From positions 37,324,001-37,388,000 of the forward strand of contig CM114271.1 in assembly GCA_050084515.1 (NCBI GenBank): a DNA stretch of 64,000 bases, given 5' to 3'. This DNA is from Blasia pusilla. Its lineage: Eukaryota. This document shows positions 13,201 through 26,021 of the stretch, piece by piece; positions within the stretch are counted from its first letter, which is position 1; every line of letters begins with the position of its first letter. Both the position numbers and the translations under genes were made by a program. The notes under the pieces are model-generated. The model saw only the letters and a list, made by a program, of their open reading frames with translations. It searched no databases and was not told the DNA's origin.

Positions 13201-15309
13201 ACCCACCGAAATTTGTATGAGTTGAAAGGTCGAAACTCTTGCTGAGTCACTGTTCTTGTTCGCCAACCATACAAAAACTTGTCACTTAGAATGTGGAAAC
13301 TCACTATGTGTAGTCATTTGTTTCTGGGATATATGCTAAGTGTTCCAATTCCTGTGTCCAATCATTGATCGGATATCATACTCTACATGTGAAAGGTATT
13401 GGCTGAATATAGTGAAGATATTCCCATGGGAAGAGTCAGGAAAACTTGGCAGTTCACATTGACATTTTGTAGAATAGAGACGGCAAACAACGGATCCCTA
13501 TCACGGTAATATTTGATGTGTACAGCCTCTTACTCTCAGCGGGACAGGTATACCCAGCTTTGCTGAGCACTGAAGATTCCAGACATTCGGCATGCAGTAT
13601 ATTGTGAAGGGTACACTAACATCCTTTCATGGAAACCTTCCACACTCTGACAACATTTCCAAGGCTGCTCACAGCCTCTCCACTATATGAAGCTTGAATT
13701 CTGAAAATAGAGCATCCTCAAGGAACATTTATCACATAGAAGTTCAGCTGGGATAAAGGTAAGATGGGCATGAAATGGTGTCCAGCAGTATGGGAGGCCT
13801 GGCACAGACGAGATTGAGTTGTCTTAGGGGGCACAAAACCTAATTTAGAACGTCAGGAATTAAGGAAAATTGTGAAAGATTCTTTCAATAAAGACAACAG
13901 TTGATCAGTGTCAGTGACATGATCACCAAAGACCCTTGTCTAGAGTCTTGGACAACTACTGTCTATCCGTTCAAGGATTTAAGTTACACACCTTGCAATT
14001 TGGTTGATTTTCTACTTGGCAGCTACGGTGATTCTCCTACAACTGAGAAAAGACAAAATTGCAAACATTGACACCACGAGAATGTACCTGTGCTTCTGCC
14101 AGGCACACAAGGCTCATAATAGTTGCCATTGATACAGTTGCCTCAGGAGGCCTGTCAGGAGGGAGAAAAGGTTGCAAAGCTGGTAGAACTTTCTGAGCCA
14201 TGTGTTGATACACCCCTGCCGCTTGCCGGAAAAGCTGTGCTGATTTGATCAAGTCTGCCAAACAGTATAGTTAAGTCTCCAATGGATGGACTCATATTTC
14301 TCTAGAGTACATATAATTCATACTATCCCCATGCAAGGAAACTTTGATAGTAGAATCAGGTTTACATAATAACAAATCCAGTGCTGAATGTACTCCAAAC
14401 TCCTGCTCATGATGGAGTACGAAGTGAATGTAGGTCATACTTGAATTGCAGATTGAGCACTTAATCAAACTACAGGAATTATGAACAGGACAACCAACTC
14501 AAAAGAGCCCCCCCCTAAAACCCCATAACCATGTCTCATGGATAGTAACATGTCTGACAATGGTTGTCAAGTAATTTTATACCTACTGGTAGCATCTCCA
14601 ATGCTCTCTCTCTCAAGAGAGCTGCGAACAAGAAGAGGATCATTGAAAGCTCAAAGCGAAGATCATCAATTCGAAAGTACTTGGGCCCAGATAAACTGTG
14701 GCCACTTGACCCACTTAAAGGGCTGGTCCAACGAATTCGAAGATTGACAGTCCATTGTTGAACTTGAGGTATACAATTTGCTTTTGGATAAATACACTCA
14801 ATAAGATTTTCGAGAAGTGGCAGGTAGTGCTCCAATTTCAGCAGATCCTGCATGACAAAAAACAAATGCACAATTGTTATGCTCTTTGAAGATTCAAATT
14901 TGAAACACGGGTACTAGAACAATAAAACTATCATCTGCCTCACAATAAGCGTTCAAGTGTACCTGTGCAATTGGAGATTCCACTCCACCCGCCATTTCCC
15001 GGGCGATAGCTGGAGTGAGATGGCTACTTCCATTTATTGATTCTTCAATAGACCTCCGCGTGCTACTTAAGTCCCTAAGTTGTCCCAAAGTGATGGAGTC
15101 ACGAGCGTAATATGATGTTTCAAAGGTAACCTGTCCATTCACAAACCCGAAATTTTAAACAAGAATTATAACAAGAAAGCAGCTCCGAAGGGTATCATTA
15201 CTACTGATGAAACTCTGAACAATATGGCAAGGTAGAAAAAGTGTAACCAAGGAAGAAGATTTACATTTCTTGTTTTAAGCTTTGGTGGATCTTGAAAATG
15301 CAGGAGCAT
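10204..15309 (-). CDS. BRAF: Plant BRO1-domain endosomal (ESCRT-associated) protein, BRAF-like; 7 coding exons, 381 aa
   Basis: Exons 15309-15265, 15130-14963, 14847-14583, 14254-14088, 12682-12533, 12112-11968 and 10409-10204 all have GT-AG boundaries with compatible phases (1146 nt). Translation MLLHFQDPPKLKTRNVTFE..LSSTRRSIEESIN..AREMAGG..LEHYLPLLENL..LFRQAAGVY..CLAEAQ..KLHYG..ENEFIWRERIP resembles plant BRO1-like proteins of the Arabidopsis BRAF type (recognised from memory). Confidence 0.85.
12778..13247. repeat. 237-bp tandem duplication inside intron 4 of the BRO1-domain gene
   Basis: GTCTG(G/A)CACTGGGAACTTCTTGATC...CTCTTGCTGAGT starts at 12778 and 13015. Confidence 0.9.
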
Positions 15310-15442
15310 TTTCACTTCATAGAGCCAAAACCTGTCCTTAGATCAGAGAGAAAAACCTCAGATGTGACTGAGAACCGCCAAATTGTACCCTAAATTCCGA
15401 TTTTTGAGAATCAACTACCCTAACTGCACGCAAGGATATTGT

Positions 15443-16340
15443 TCAGGAATCCTGTAGAATATCTCCACTGTTCGTCCTCGACTGGGTTTCCTGTGCAAGT
15501 CTCTCCTGCTTCAACTTCGCATACTCTTCCCTCATCTTATCCTGTGCCAGCAAGAAAATTTACTCATCAGTGTCCTAAGTTCCATAAACTCCAGGCGCAC
15601 TGAGCTTCAAAAAAGTAATCACTCTTGCGGATTGACATACTCTTGTGTCAATTCCAAGGCTACTGAAGGATCTGGGATTCCGAGTCCACCATCACAGACT
15701 GCCTGAGATGCTGCCGCTAAAGACTCCGAAGTCACCAATTGGGAGTCGTTTCCTCCACCAAAGATTTCGGATAACTTGGTATCAGCCTGTGCGCAAGACG
15801 TATGAAATTGAACCTTGTGGGATAAAGATTCCCCCCTCATGTATATTCCATCTCGCTTCTAGTTCCGTTTCATCACATTGGCAAATGCATCCCACTCTTC
15901 CATAGCGGGTGGCAATTCTGACACCTGAAACCATATTAATCAGACCACATGCCAACATCGAACAGAGCACTGGGCATCCTCTCAACCATGCAGGATCTCA
16001 CAAACCAATTGTCGCTCTAATACCGCTTTCTCTCAAGCACTCCTTGGGCTCTGCCAATCCAGCTTACCTTGCCACTAACTGAACAGACTGGAAGAAAGAC
16101 GCAATCGATTTGCGTATTCTAAACCCAAAGAATCATGGAGCGTCAGATGTTATACACAGGGGAGAGAACGCTTGAACACATACATCATCCAACCATCTTC
16201 CTAGATCACTACGCGTGAAACCATAAAAAGACGCAACGAACCTTGTACGCAGCCTCGGCATGGTGCATCACATAGAATCCAAGGAGACCACCGGCAAGTG
16301 CTCCAATCGTGACACGAATGTGACCAGACCAGCCACTCAT
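15443..16340 (-). CDS. Small 65-aa protein (hydrophobic N-terminal segment plus charged tail), 2 exons
   Basis: Exon 16340-16242 (MSGWSGHIRVTIGALAGGLLGFYVMHHAEAAYK, GT donor) joins in frame to exon 15541-15443 (AG acceptor; DKMREEYAKLKQERLAQETQSRTNSGDILQDS*). It resembles a small uncharacterised plant protein type. Confidence 0.7.
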
Positions 16341-17040
16341 TTTCCGATCTGTTTCCTGGAGCCTAGCCTTCGCTCCACAGCAATCGATCGCCTCACATCT
16401 GGGGAGCACAAGTGATTCTTCACGAGGCTATGACCGATTCAATGCGTACTGTATGCGCTATCCTGCCCCCGCCTCCTCACGATCCACTTTCCTCCTCCTA
16501 CAGGATCTCCAAATTTAGCGTCTCCGACATTCTCACTCTAACTCCTCGCTCCACAGGCTCTCTATTACGTAAACAGCCTCACGAGGCTACCGCCATATCC
16601 AGAGTTAACGACATCGCCACTGCAAGGGTGCTGTCTATAATGCAAGTATCCGTTGGAGAAAGCGAGCGTTATGAGTGGACTATCCTATCTCAGCCTTCCT
16701 TTTTCTCTCTTTGCCGAACAGTCCGCCCTCCACATAGTACGCAAATAACGGGCCTGCGACCTTATCGGGCCGAGGTCAACGAAGACGTGTAGTTCAATCT
16801 TTGATTGATCTTTCTTAGTATTCCTCCAGAGTCGTGCGGTCCTGTAAAGGCACGACACTTAAACGAAGAATGCCGCCGATTGGAAAGAGTGAAACATCGT
16901 GAACCTCAAGGAAATATCCCACGCGATATTTTCGGGTCTAAGGAAACAAAGCGCGTTTTTTTTTGCCTTCGTTTTCAGAAGCGCTCGGAAAAAAACTCAT
17001 TTACTTTGATCTTATAAGGAGTTATCTTCTAAGGAGCGTA

Positions 17041-17073
17041 CTAGTGAGAAATGCCAGTGCGATGCACCGGCAT
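17041..17073 (-). mobile_element. Helitron 3' terminus (hairpin plus CTAG|T)
   Basis: Palindrome ATGCCAGTGCGATGCACCGGCAT (17051-17073) lies just before CTAG (17041-17044) followed by T on the minus strand. It closely matches the 3' end of the Helitron at 45504. Confidence 0.7.
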
Positions 17074-17243
17074 CAAATTTTTCACTGAAATAAATCTTAA
17101 CTTTATTTTTAAGTAATAACATACGTCCAATTTCACACCCAACCTGCGTGCACTCGTATTCGAGCATGCGACTTCCCAATCCTCTAGCCTTCAACCCACG
17201 AACGTTCCACACTGTCCACCATGGCCGGTAGACGATATAGTCT

Positions 17244-18500
17244 CTACTTATAAGATCCTATGTGATCCTCATAAGAAAGTTTGTAAATGAATGGCGTGTA
17301 TGGGACATTCTTGTGTTCATTCCAAAGGATTTCCATGAATACACTCTCCAACCAATGCAATGCCAAGTTCTCAAGAGCGATGGCGGCAGACTCCAGAATC
17401 ATGCTCGCCATCGGATTGCTAGCCCTGTTGTACTGCACCACCAAATCGCCCAGATTTTCCACGCACTCTTTGGTGATCATATGAGTCTCCCGCACATATG
17501 TGATAGTGAGGTTAGCGAATGCTTTGATGGCCTCCTTCTGCAAGCTTGTGTGCTTGTGCTGTGACAGCAATGTCACGAGACCTATCACCAAGCCCCCAGC
17601 ATTGGGGAACTCCGAGAACATCAATTCGTTCTCCGATAGGCATGTGAGATTAGCCAACACTCTCGCCTTTGTTCTGCGTGTTGGGGCTTACGGTTTTGGA
17701 CATCGATGAATCAAACCCCGACGGCAGCCGGGCATTCTACGATTTTCGATTGGCCTCGTGGGCGTGGGAAAGATTGGCCAACGCCCACGCTGCGTGCTCT
17801 TGCCCATCGGGGTTCGCATTGCGAGAAGAAGGTCCACAGAGCGGGTAGAGCTTTGTGGTAGTCCACGATCTTGAGGCCGTTGTTTTGGGCGCGAGGTTCC
17901 CCAAAGCCATGGCGGCATACTCCACCGAAGAGGATCTTCATCGCAGTAAAGACACGGCGCTACCTCTTCCAAGATGCAGGTAGTCGGCGATTTTAATCTG
18001 AATCTCCTCGGTGGCGGAGAGATTGGACAGAGTGAGAACGGCGGATTTCTGCAGAGCATAGTTCTTGTGGCCCTTGCTTTTGATCAGCAATCCGAGAAGA
18101 CCACGCAGAGCAGCGCTCGAATCGCCCCGAGTGTGCAATCGTCTCGCATTCTGCGGCACTGTGAGAGGCGGGACGAGTCTTGCCTGATTGTCCAAAGCAA
18201 CATCCCCTCCGCCGGTCCTTCGTAAGCATCACGCGCAGATTCCGTGATCGAACAAGTCTATCAAATTCTCCATGGCGTTGGGTTCTCCACAATCATGCGC
18301 CCGCTCGGACGACTGAGTTCAATGCCGAACCGACAATGTCTGGCTGCCGCAATGTTACGTCGGTCTCCCGGTGACTTTGCCGTCCCCCAAGCGGCCGAAA
18401 TCCTTGGGGGGCAAACATAGATGGTCCGCTCATGCACGCCGCGAGAGATTGAAGGAGCTGGTCTCCGACCTTGAGCGGATGCTAAACCGAGAGGCAAGCG
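17244..18500 (-). pseudogene. Apparently intronless armadillo (ARM)-repeat pseudogene, frameshifted
   Basis: ARM-type helices across frames: LQKSAVLTLSNLS, EYAAMALGNLA, QEHAAWALANLS, LQKEAIKAFANLT, ESAAIALENLA. The upstream boundary is approximate. Confidence 0.7.
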
Positions 18501-18559
18501 GTGGCGTGAAAGCCATCATGGGCCTGGCGTTGTCGGAGGAAAATTGAGTAAATATTTGT

Positions 18560-18860
18560 GAGAACCCTCAAGCACTCATTTGCTCTCGTGGTATTCTTTG
18601 TTCAAGGATGACAATCCGGTCTTGCAGAATCATGGAACGCTCACATTGGGCGTTCTCGCCGGGGTGCACCAAAATGCTTTGAAGATGGCACAACAGCCTT
18701 CCGCGCTGGAAGGTTTGATCAGATTGCACCATTCTTGCGACTTGTCCGTCAAAATCCAGGATATGAGACACCGGCATGAAACAAAAGATTCGGCTGCTTC
18801 TGGATCCCATAGGAGTGCGAGAGCAGCAAGAGGAGTGCGATTGGGCTGAATCGTACACTC
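18560..18860 (+). pseudogene. Second ARM-like fragment in the opposite orientation
   Basis: LFKDDNPVLQNHGTLTLGVLA..ALEGLIRL and LLLDPIGVREQQEECDW, both ARM-repeat-like, on the plus strand. Confidence 0.45.
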
Positions 18861-19696
18861 AAACTTTCCCTCCTCCTAAGCTCCAACGGATACACCTCCG
18901 ACAACACGATTTCACCCACATCGATTCATTTCATCTCCACCTCCATAGTTCCACCCACAATGATTCACCTCCACGATTCCACCCATGTCGATTCACCTCC
19001 ACCTCTACCCACACCTCCACCTCTACACGCAGATGAAAGTTCCTCGACACCAACTCTAGCTGTGAGGCTCTGAGTCTCTAACTATGGCAGTGCAGGCTCA
19101 ACTTATACTTGAGTAACGATCATAACTATCACACACTATTGTGTGGATACAATAGCCCCTGCCTCCTCACAATGACACATGTAACTAAAAGGAGCAGAAA
19201 CTAAAACGACTCCACTTTTAGGTAGCAGATTTGATTGGGAGGGGAAAATTAGCGTTGGGTCCCTTATAACAGTACTCGATGGCTTCACTTCTTCTAGAAA
19301 GACTCTTTCAGGTTTTTCTTCTCCCTTCCTCCATTTAGTAACCCCCCATGTTAAGAGTATAGATTATTTATGGAGGGCTTCACTTCTTTGGGATTTTTTT
19401 CCCCAAAAGAGGTAACCCCCCCTTCCTCGCATTATAGTATAGATTTCCAAGTTTTTTCTTCCTCTTTTCTGCCCTACGTTAAATTGAGCTCAGCCTTTTT
19501 TTATGATGATCATAGGGCCCAAGTGATATGGTAACTAGAGACATACCTCGTTAAAGCAAACTACCATGTAGATGCCAAATGTGGTTTGTGTTAGGGGAGC
19601 AGCATGTCTACCGATTTAGATTTTGATTAATTTTACAAAGCATCATGTTTGTAGTTTAGATTTATATGTTGGAAATGGTTAGGTGATCATGATAGA

Positions 19697-20134
19697 TGTT
19701 CTCCTACGTTTTACGTAGTGGAACAAAGAGTATTTGTATTGCGCTTCTCGAGAGTCTTGAAGTCGAACCCCATGGGTCGACAATGATCTGGTGCAGATTG
19801 GATAACGTGCAAGTGGAGCTTCTCCACAATTTGGGCTCATTCGTAGTCTACTTGAAGAACATATTGTTTCGGATAAGTTCCTTGTATTGAGAGAGTTTCT
19901 TTCTATTTGTAGAGAGCGACTCTTGACCCACTATTGTACGTTTAAGGTCAAGGAGGTGACCTTCATGCCCATGTCACGAGGGAGAGGATTTGGTGAGGGA
20001 GAAGGTCTACCTCAAGGAGAGAGATTTTGAGTCGGGAGCTCACTCTCTCTTCGTTGAACCTCTTTTGCATGGGGCGATGGAGTTATGTTGCTCCTTGCCT
20101 TATGAGTAACCCCAACCAATCACCGTGAGAGTCG

Positions 20135-20136
<2 letters not shown>
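19697..20136 (+). mobile_element. Diverged LTR (B-segment) remnant related to the gypsy copies at 51-64 kb
   Basis: Reverse complement aligns by eye with 63390-63780 (AAGGCAAGG, AAGAGGTTCAAC, GAGAGA.TGAGCTC, CTCTCTCCTTGAGGTA, GTCACCTCCTTG). The start is approximate. Confidence 0.6.

Positions 20137-20175
<39 letters not shown>
20137..20175. repeat. (AG)n microsatellite, ~19 units
   Basis: Direct reading. Confidence 0.95.
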
Positions 20176-20179
<4 letters not shown>

Positions 20180-21125
20180 AGGAAGTGAGATGGCGCATAT
20201 TGGCTCATTCAACCAATCACCATGGATTGGAGTTCAATTGCGTATAGGGTTAAGGACTTTGGATAAAGCCTCCTCTTCGAAAGTGATTGAAGAATTTCTT
20301 GCATCGAGGTACTGCGGGATTTTAAGATTGGAGTGGCAGAAGGAAGAGATGAGGAATGGTATCGGCCGACAACCTAGAATGCACAACTATGGGCCATAAT
20401 GTATGGAGTGTTGATTTCAAGTTGTTTGTAAAGGTCTTGCTATCAATCTTCTTGTCTAGCAGGCCACCAAGAGTACATGGAAATCATCCATTATTCTATG
20501 GTGAAGATTGGAAAAGGAAATTTAGGGCTCATCAAGCTTGAGGATAAGATTGGAAATGGAAATTTGGAGTAGGAAATTAGAGGAGAAATGCAGCAATAAA
20601 TTACAAATCTATTGGAAAAGAACGCTCAATGTAGGGGCACATCTAGTTCATCTCTGGTTATTTAAAGAGCATGGATCGAAAGTGGAATTTCAAGGTTATT
20701 GAAGGAAGAAGCAGAGATTATATCAAGAGACGTGGATGTTGCAACAAAATTTCAAGAAGAGGCTCCAAGATGAAGAGTTATAGCAGAACAAGTAGAAGAC
20801 GGTCCACTAAAGCAATACGCGAAGATGACGAGATAGAAGTGATTGAGCTTGACGATACATATGAAGTTCCTATGGCTACCTTGGTGTCATTCAGGCATGA
20901 TGTTCAAGCATAACCATCATTGAAGAAGATGAATATGGCGCTTATCAAGCTTGAGGATAAGTGGGATAGTCTGATGGTAGATGTAAGTGTTAGGGTTATA
21001 TAAGATCACAACACTATAGTTGAAAGTTATCAAATGTTGATAGATAAAGTTGAATCATTAAGAGTGGCACAAAAGAGAGTATAGCAAGGAAGGAAGGAAT
21101 GAATTGGCTTTTGACTTGGTTGTTA

Positions 21126-23755
21126 TGTTGGATTCTCAACATCCACTTCTGTGAGCACCATTAATCACATCGGCCTCCTTGTATGAGAAGAAGCCTAGAT
21201 TGATGGTTCCGACTTAGACGTCGGAGGAGTCATGGTAATATGATATAGGTGGTTTATGGAGCAGCGTTACTAGGATTATCTAACCCTCTATTTCACTAGG
21301 ATGTTGGGCACCCAGATGCGTCGCGGGGGTCCTAGGTCGTAGCCTCTGGTATGCCAAGACGATGCGATTTGTTGGGGGCTACGTCATTGGCAAAAATTTT
21401 CTATTAATAAAAACAAAGAAAAATAGGTAAAAAAACCCTAGTTTCCCGAGTAGAGAAATAGTTGGAGCCGCAGCGGTAGCGCATTCTCGTATGTCGAGTT
21501 ATCTCCATGTTCAAGTTCCATCGAAGCTCTTCTGTGAGCGCGCGGACAGACTATGTCACTTTGTATCTCTAAGTTTTGTAAAGATTTCAGTGATTTTGTC
21601 ACTTTCTATTTTCTAACATGGTATCAGAGCAGTAGGTTCTCTAGTATTTTGTATTTGGCGATCTAGTGTGTTTGAACAAAATCTTGAGAGATGGCTACTT
21701 CTTCGTTAGTTCGTGCTCGCCCTCCTCCATTGTGTGAAGGGAAGTTACATGGGTCTAACTATACATCGTGGAAGTTCAAAATGAGAATTGTCCTTGAATC
21801 ATTTGAGATCTAGGAGACGGCTACAGGGGTCCATTCGAATCCACAAACTACTTTGAGTTCTCCATATTCAACTTCATTTGGTGATATCGATCATGTTGTA
21901 TTGCTGGCATGGAAACGCATAAACGTTGATGCTCTATATGCGCTTATCACGAATGTAGCTGATTCTGTCATGACTCTCATTCAACATATGACCAGTGTTG
22001 CTGAGGCGTGGAACATTCTTAAGAATCAGTATGAAACAATGAATGAGACTCGGATTCACAATCTGGAGAATCAACTTACGTCCGAGAAATTTTCAGAAGG
22101 AGAAAGAACGGAGCAATTTTTTACAAGGATCAAGAATCTTCAAGATCAGATGGCGTCCGTAGGAATTTCAAAGTCTAGCAAAGATTTGGCACTTCGGTGC
22201 ATAAGGATTTTGCCTCCAAGGTATAACAGTTTAATCACTGCATTTAATACTCAAGTAAGACCCACATCGCTTACTTTTGAAAATTTTAGTGCAATTTTGG
22301 TAGAAGAGAAATGCGCTTCAAAGCAAGAGAGGGAAGTGATGCAGCATTTATTGCCAAGGTACAAAGAGGTAGAAATCAGCATGATAGTTCAAATGTCAAG
22401 AAGAAATTTCCAAGCAAAGCCTTCAAATACTTTTATTGTGGTAAGCTATGTCATCTTATCAAAGATTGTAGAAAGAAGAGTGATGATGAAAGAATGGTAT
22501 TTTAAGACCTAAGAAGGAGTCTTAGGTCTTAAACAACCATTCTGTAGAACTAGGAGAACATGAAGTAGATGCTTGGGTACCAATCAATGAGTTTTTCACA
22601 CAAGTAGAACATTCCACTAAGTCAAAGAGTGAACATGGATGGGTGCTCGATAGTGGAGCATCTAGGCATATGACTAATCATAAGGATTGGTATAGCTCTT
22701 ATAGTCTCTAGAGGAGCCCATCATTGTTACTATTGGGAATAATGCAAAGTACCCTATAGAAGGAAAAGGTACAATTTCTTTAGTCTCGCAAAAAGAAGAT
22801 GAAAAGAAGTTAATTGATGTATTGTACGTACCAGAGTTGAAGCGCAATTTGATTTCAGTACCAGTATCATGTGATCGTGACCTAGAAGTTTGTTTCAAGA
22901 AAATTGGAGCAGTCTTTGAAGATGCCAATGGGAAAGTGGTGGGTGAATATATACGACGTGGAAATATCTACGAGATGTATGCATTCACGATAAGTGTAGG
23001 TACAAATTTTACTATCAGTAAGTTATGGCATGAAAGATTTGGTCACCTAAGCTTTCCCTTACTAAGTTAGATGCAGAAATCTAACATAGTTGTTGATTTA
23101 TCAATAATTTCTGAGTCTCGGATACATGTGAAGCTTGTATGATGAGCAAGCAACAGCAACAACCATTTCCACAAGAGTCCAGCAATAGAGCAAAAGCTCC
23201 TCTAGAGCTGATTCATGATGATCTTTGTGGTAAAATGAGAACAGTGGCATTAGGTGGTTCTTCTTACTTCTTTTTAGTTATTGACGATTATAGTACGAAG
23301 ATGTGGATGTATTTCATTCTTGATAAGGCAAGTGCTTTTGGAAAATTTAAAGTATGGCACAAGCTGGTTGAGAACGAGACAGGAAAGAAGGTACAAAATC
23401 TTCGCACTGATCGAGGAGGAGAATTTTTATCAAGAGAATTCAACAAATATTAGGGGGAGCATGGAATCCAGCGACAATTAACCAAGGCACATACACCACA
23501 ACAAAATAGAGTTGTTGAGCGCCTTTGGAAAAAAAATTCTATTAGTAGAAACGAAGAAAAATAAGTAAAAAAGCCTAGTTTCCCAAGTAGTGAAGTAGTC
23601 GGGAGCCGCAGCGATAGCGCATTCTTGTATGTCAAGTTATCTCCATGTTCAGGTTCCATTGAAGCTCTTCTGTGCGCGCACGGACGAACTAGGCCATTTT
23701 TATCTCTAAGTTTTGTAAAGATTCATGTGATTTCATCATTTTCTATTTTCTCACA
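21126..23755 (+). mobile_element. Ty1/copia LTR retrotransposon, internally deleted (no RT/RNase H)
   Basis: 5' LTR 21126-21618 (TG..CA) is followed by PBS TGGTATCAGAGC at 21619-21630 (tRNA-iMet type). Coding remnants: gag (NYTSWKFKM, zinc knuckle), protease WVLDSGASRHM, GAG-pre-integrase LWHERFGH and integrase core LRTDRGGEF. The sequence then jumps into a partial 3' LTR (~23525-23755). 5-bp TSD TGTTA on both sides. Confidence 0.92.
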
Positions 23756-25897
23756 TGTTACAATTGCAAGAAACTCTAAACTTGAGAAGAAGTTACAAAG
23801 GTCTGTCGTAAATGCGTTAGTAGTTGGAAATCAACGATAAAAGGAGAAACGAAACAATCCTTCTTTAGCATGGTTGGCAAGAAAGTTACAAGAAATCTTA
23901 GCTAGGGAAAAAAATCAAGGCTTATGAAGAGACATGCCTCTTCATTGAGAGTTAGGATAGGAAGGGTTAAGTAGGAAGGTGAAAAGTTATTCAAGGTCTT
24001 CTTAAAAAAAAAAAAAAAAAAAGGTCCCTAAACCAAAAAAGCATGGTTAGGTAAAGCAAAATTTTTAATACAACTTCTTGAATTACATTACTTTAAAGTT
24101 CTTTCCATATGTGTTGCTAGTGTGGGTTGTTTGAATAAGAAGAAGTGGCTTGTGTTTCCAAGAGCAACAGTTGCAAAAGAAGTTTAAATTGGTGTTGCTT
24201 TCAACTTCTGCTCCATTATTTCTTGACAAGGAAGAAAATTCTTCAAACTAACTCATGGTTTGGAGAAATGACACTACTGACAAGAAATTACAAGTGGAAT
24301 CATTTATTAAAGAAGAATTTAAGTGAAGTAATACATATGTGTTTTGAAGAATAAGAGTAGCATAAGTTTTCCTTGTGTGATTGATTGATGTGTAATTTAT
24401 GAAGAAATATCCAATCAACCTTTGAGAAGACAATTACAACCCAATTTCCCCTTGAAACGAATCCAAACTGACCAAAATTGGTATTTATTTATATTCTTAA
24501 GTGTGATAGGATGATTTGTGCTCCGCTCTCCTCTTGATGATATTTGAATGAGCTTGAAGTCTAAGTTATAATCATTCCAACAGTCTCCAATATTGCAAAG
24601 GCAATGTTTGTTTGCCATCAGATTGCCCTTGCTTTGCAAATGCTCCACAAGCAAGAACACAATGGAAAATTTGGTAGGACAACTTATTCTCGAGCAATTT
24701 TATAATCATCATAACTAAAGTTGGGTCATTTCTACCTACATCTCCATGAGTAGTTGTGGTGGATCCCTTGTGGATGCATCAACCTTGTTCATGTTAGCCA
24801 TCTTCCTCTCCAATAACGACCATGAAGACGATTGTCCCTTCTACATATGTGATAGACACTACTCCTTGCTATCTACTATTTGACTGTTTCCCTATAGTTG
24901 CATGAGTTGGAGAGCGAGTCCTTGTGTGGCGTTTATTTTGTAGAGTTGACTGCTAGATGTTTACTTATAGCGGTCATACAATACGAACTCTACAAAATAA
25001 GTGTAGCAATTTCTTTCTACATGAGCAGAAAGCAATTGCTATAATTGTACACTACAATACAACATGGAAAATTTTGAAGTTTATAAAAATGAAGGGAAAT
25101 TTTGTATAAGATAGGAAGGAGGAATGGAAATCTTATTAACTAGAAATTGATATATATGGAGTGTCTCTACTAGATAAGATAGGATGGTTAAGAGATCCTC
25201 CTATATATATATTTGTTTTTGGGAAAATTTTGGTGACTGATTTCTTTGACATACATAAATTAAATTTTATTTATCGTGCATCTTTCGGGAGGGGAGATGT
25301 TCACCCTAAATGCATGAGGCTACATTCTCCTATTCTTTTTTCCGCAACTTAAAAGTCTTAGTGTGGAAATCTTTCTCTATCTAGATTGGAACGGGATGTA
25401 TCCTTTGCGTCTTTCAAGAGCATAATTATCTCCCAAAATCGAGACACCAGATCTCAAGATGTGAATTTTCTCTCAATTTGGAAAATTCCCTATGATGGGC
25501 TCATTTACACGTGCCTCATCCCCATGTGAACTCTCTTATGAATGTTTAAAGATCATTATTTATCTCAAGCTAGCAGGAATTTCCCATGACCTTTTTTTGG
25601 GCTTCTTGATCATAATTCATGAATGTTAACCATGACTTTCTTATCTTGTGGTTTAAACTTTACTTAGTAGTTGGAAAGCAAAAAACAATCAAGTTTGTGA
25701 CTATGTGAGTTTGACTTCTCAAGTATTGGCTTGTTTACTTGAATTGACTTTTGCCCAAGTTTGTAATGAAATGTACATGCTTGCACTCAAGAATAAAATT
25801 AAAAAATATTTTCAATTATTGCTAGGAATTATTGTTATATTATAATCACTGTCGGAGGAAATCTTACTATCCTTATGCATTTATCTACATATCTTCA

Positions 25898-26021
<124 letters not shown>

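Noticed and set aside
15619-15925. Exon-like stretch inside the intron of the small ORF
   Set aside because: It contains an in-frame stop and has no recognisable homology, and the 2-exon model is complete without it. Alternative splicing cannot be excluded.
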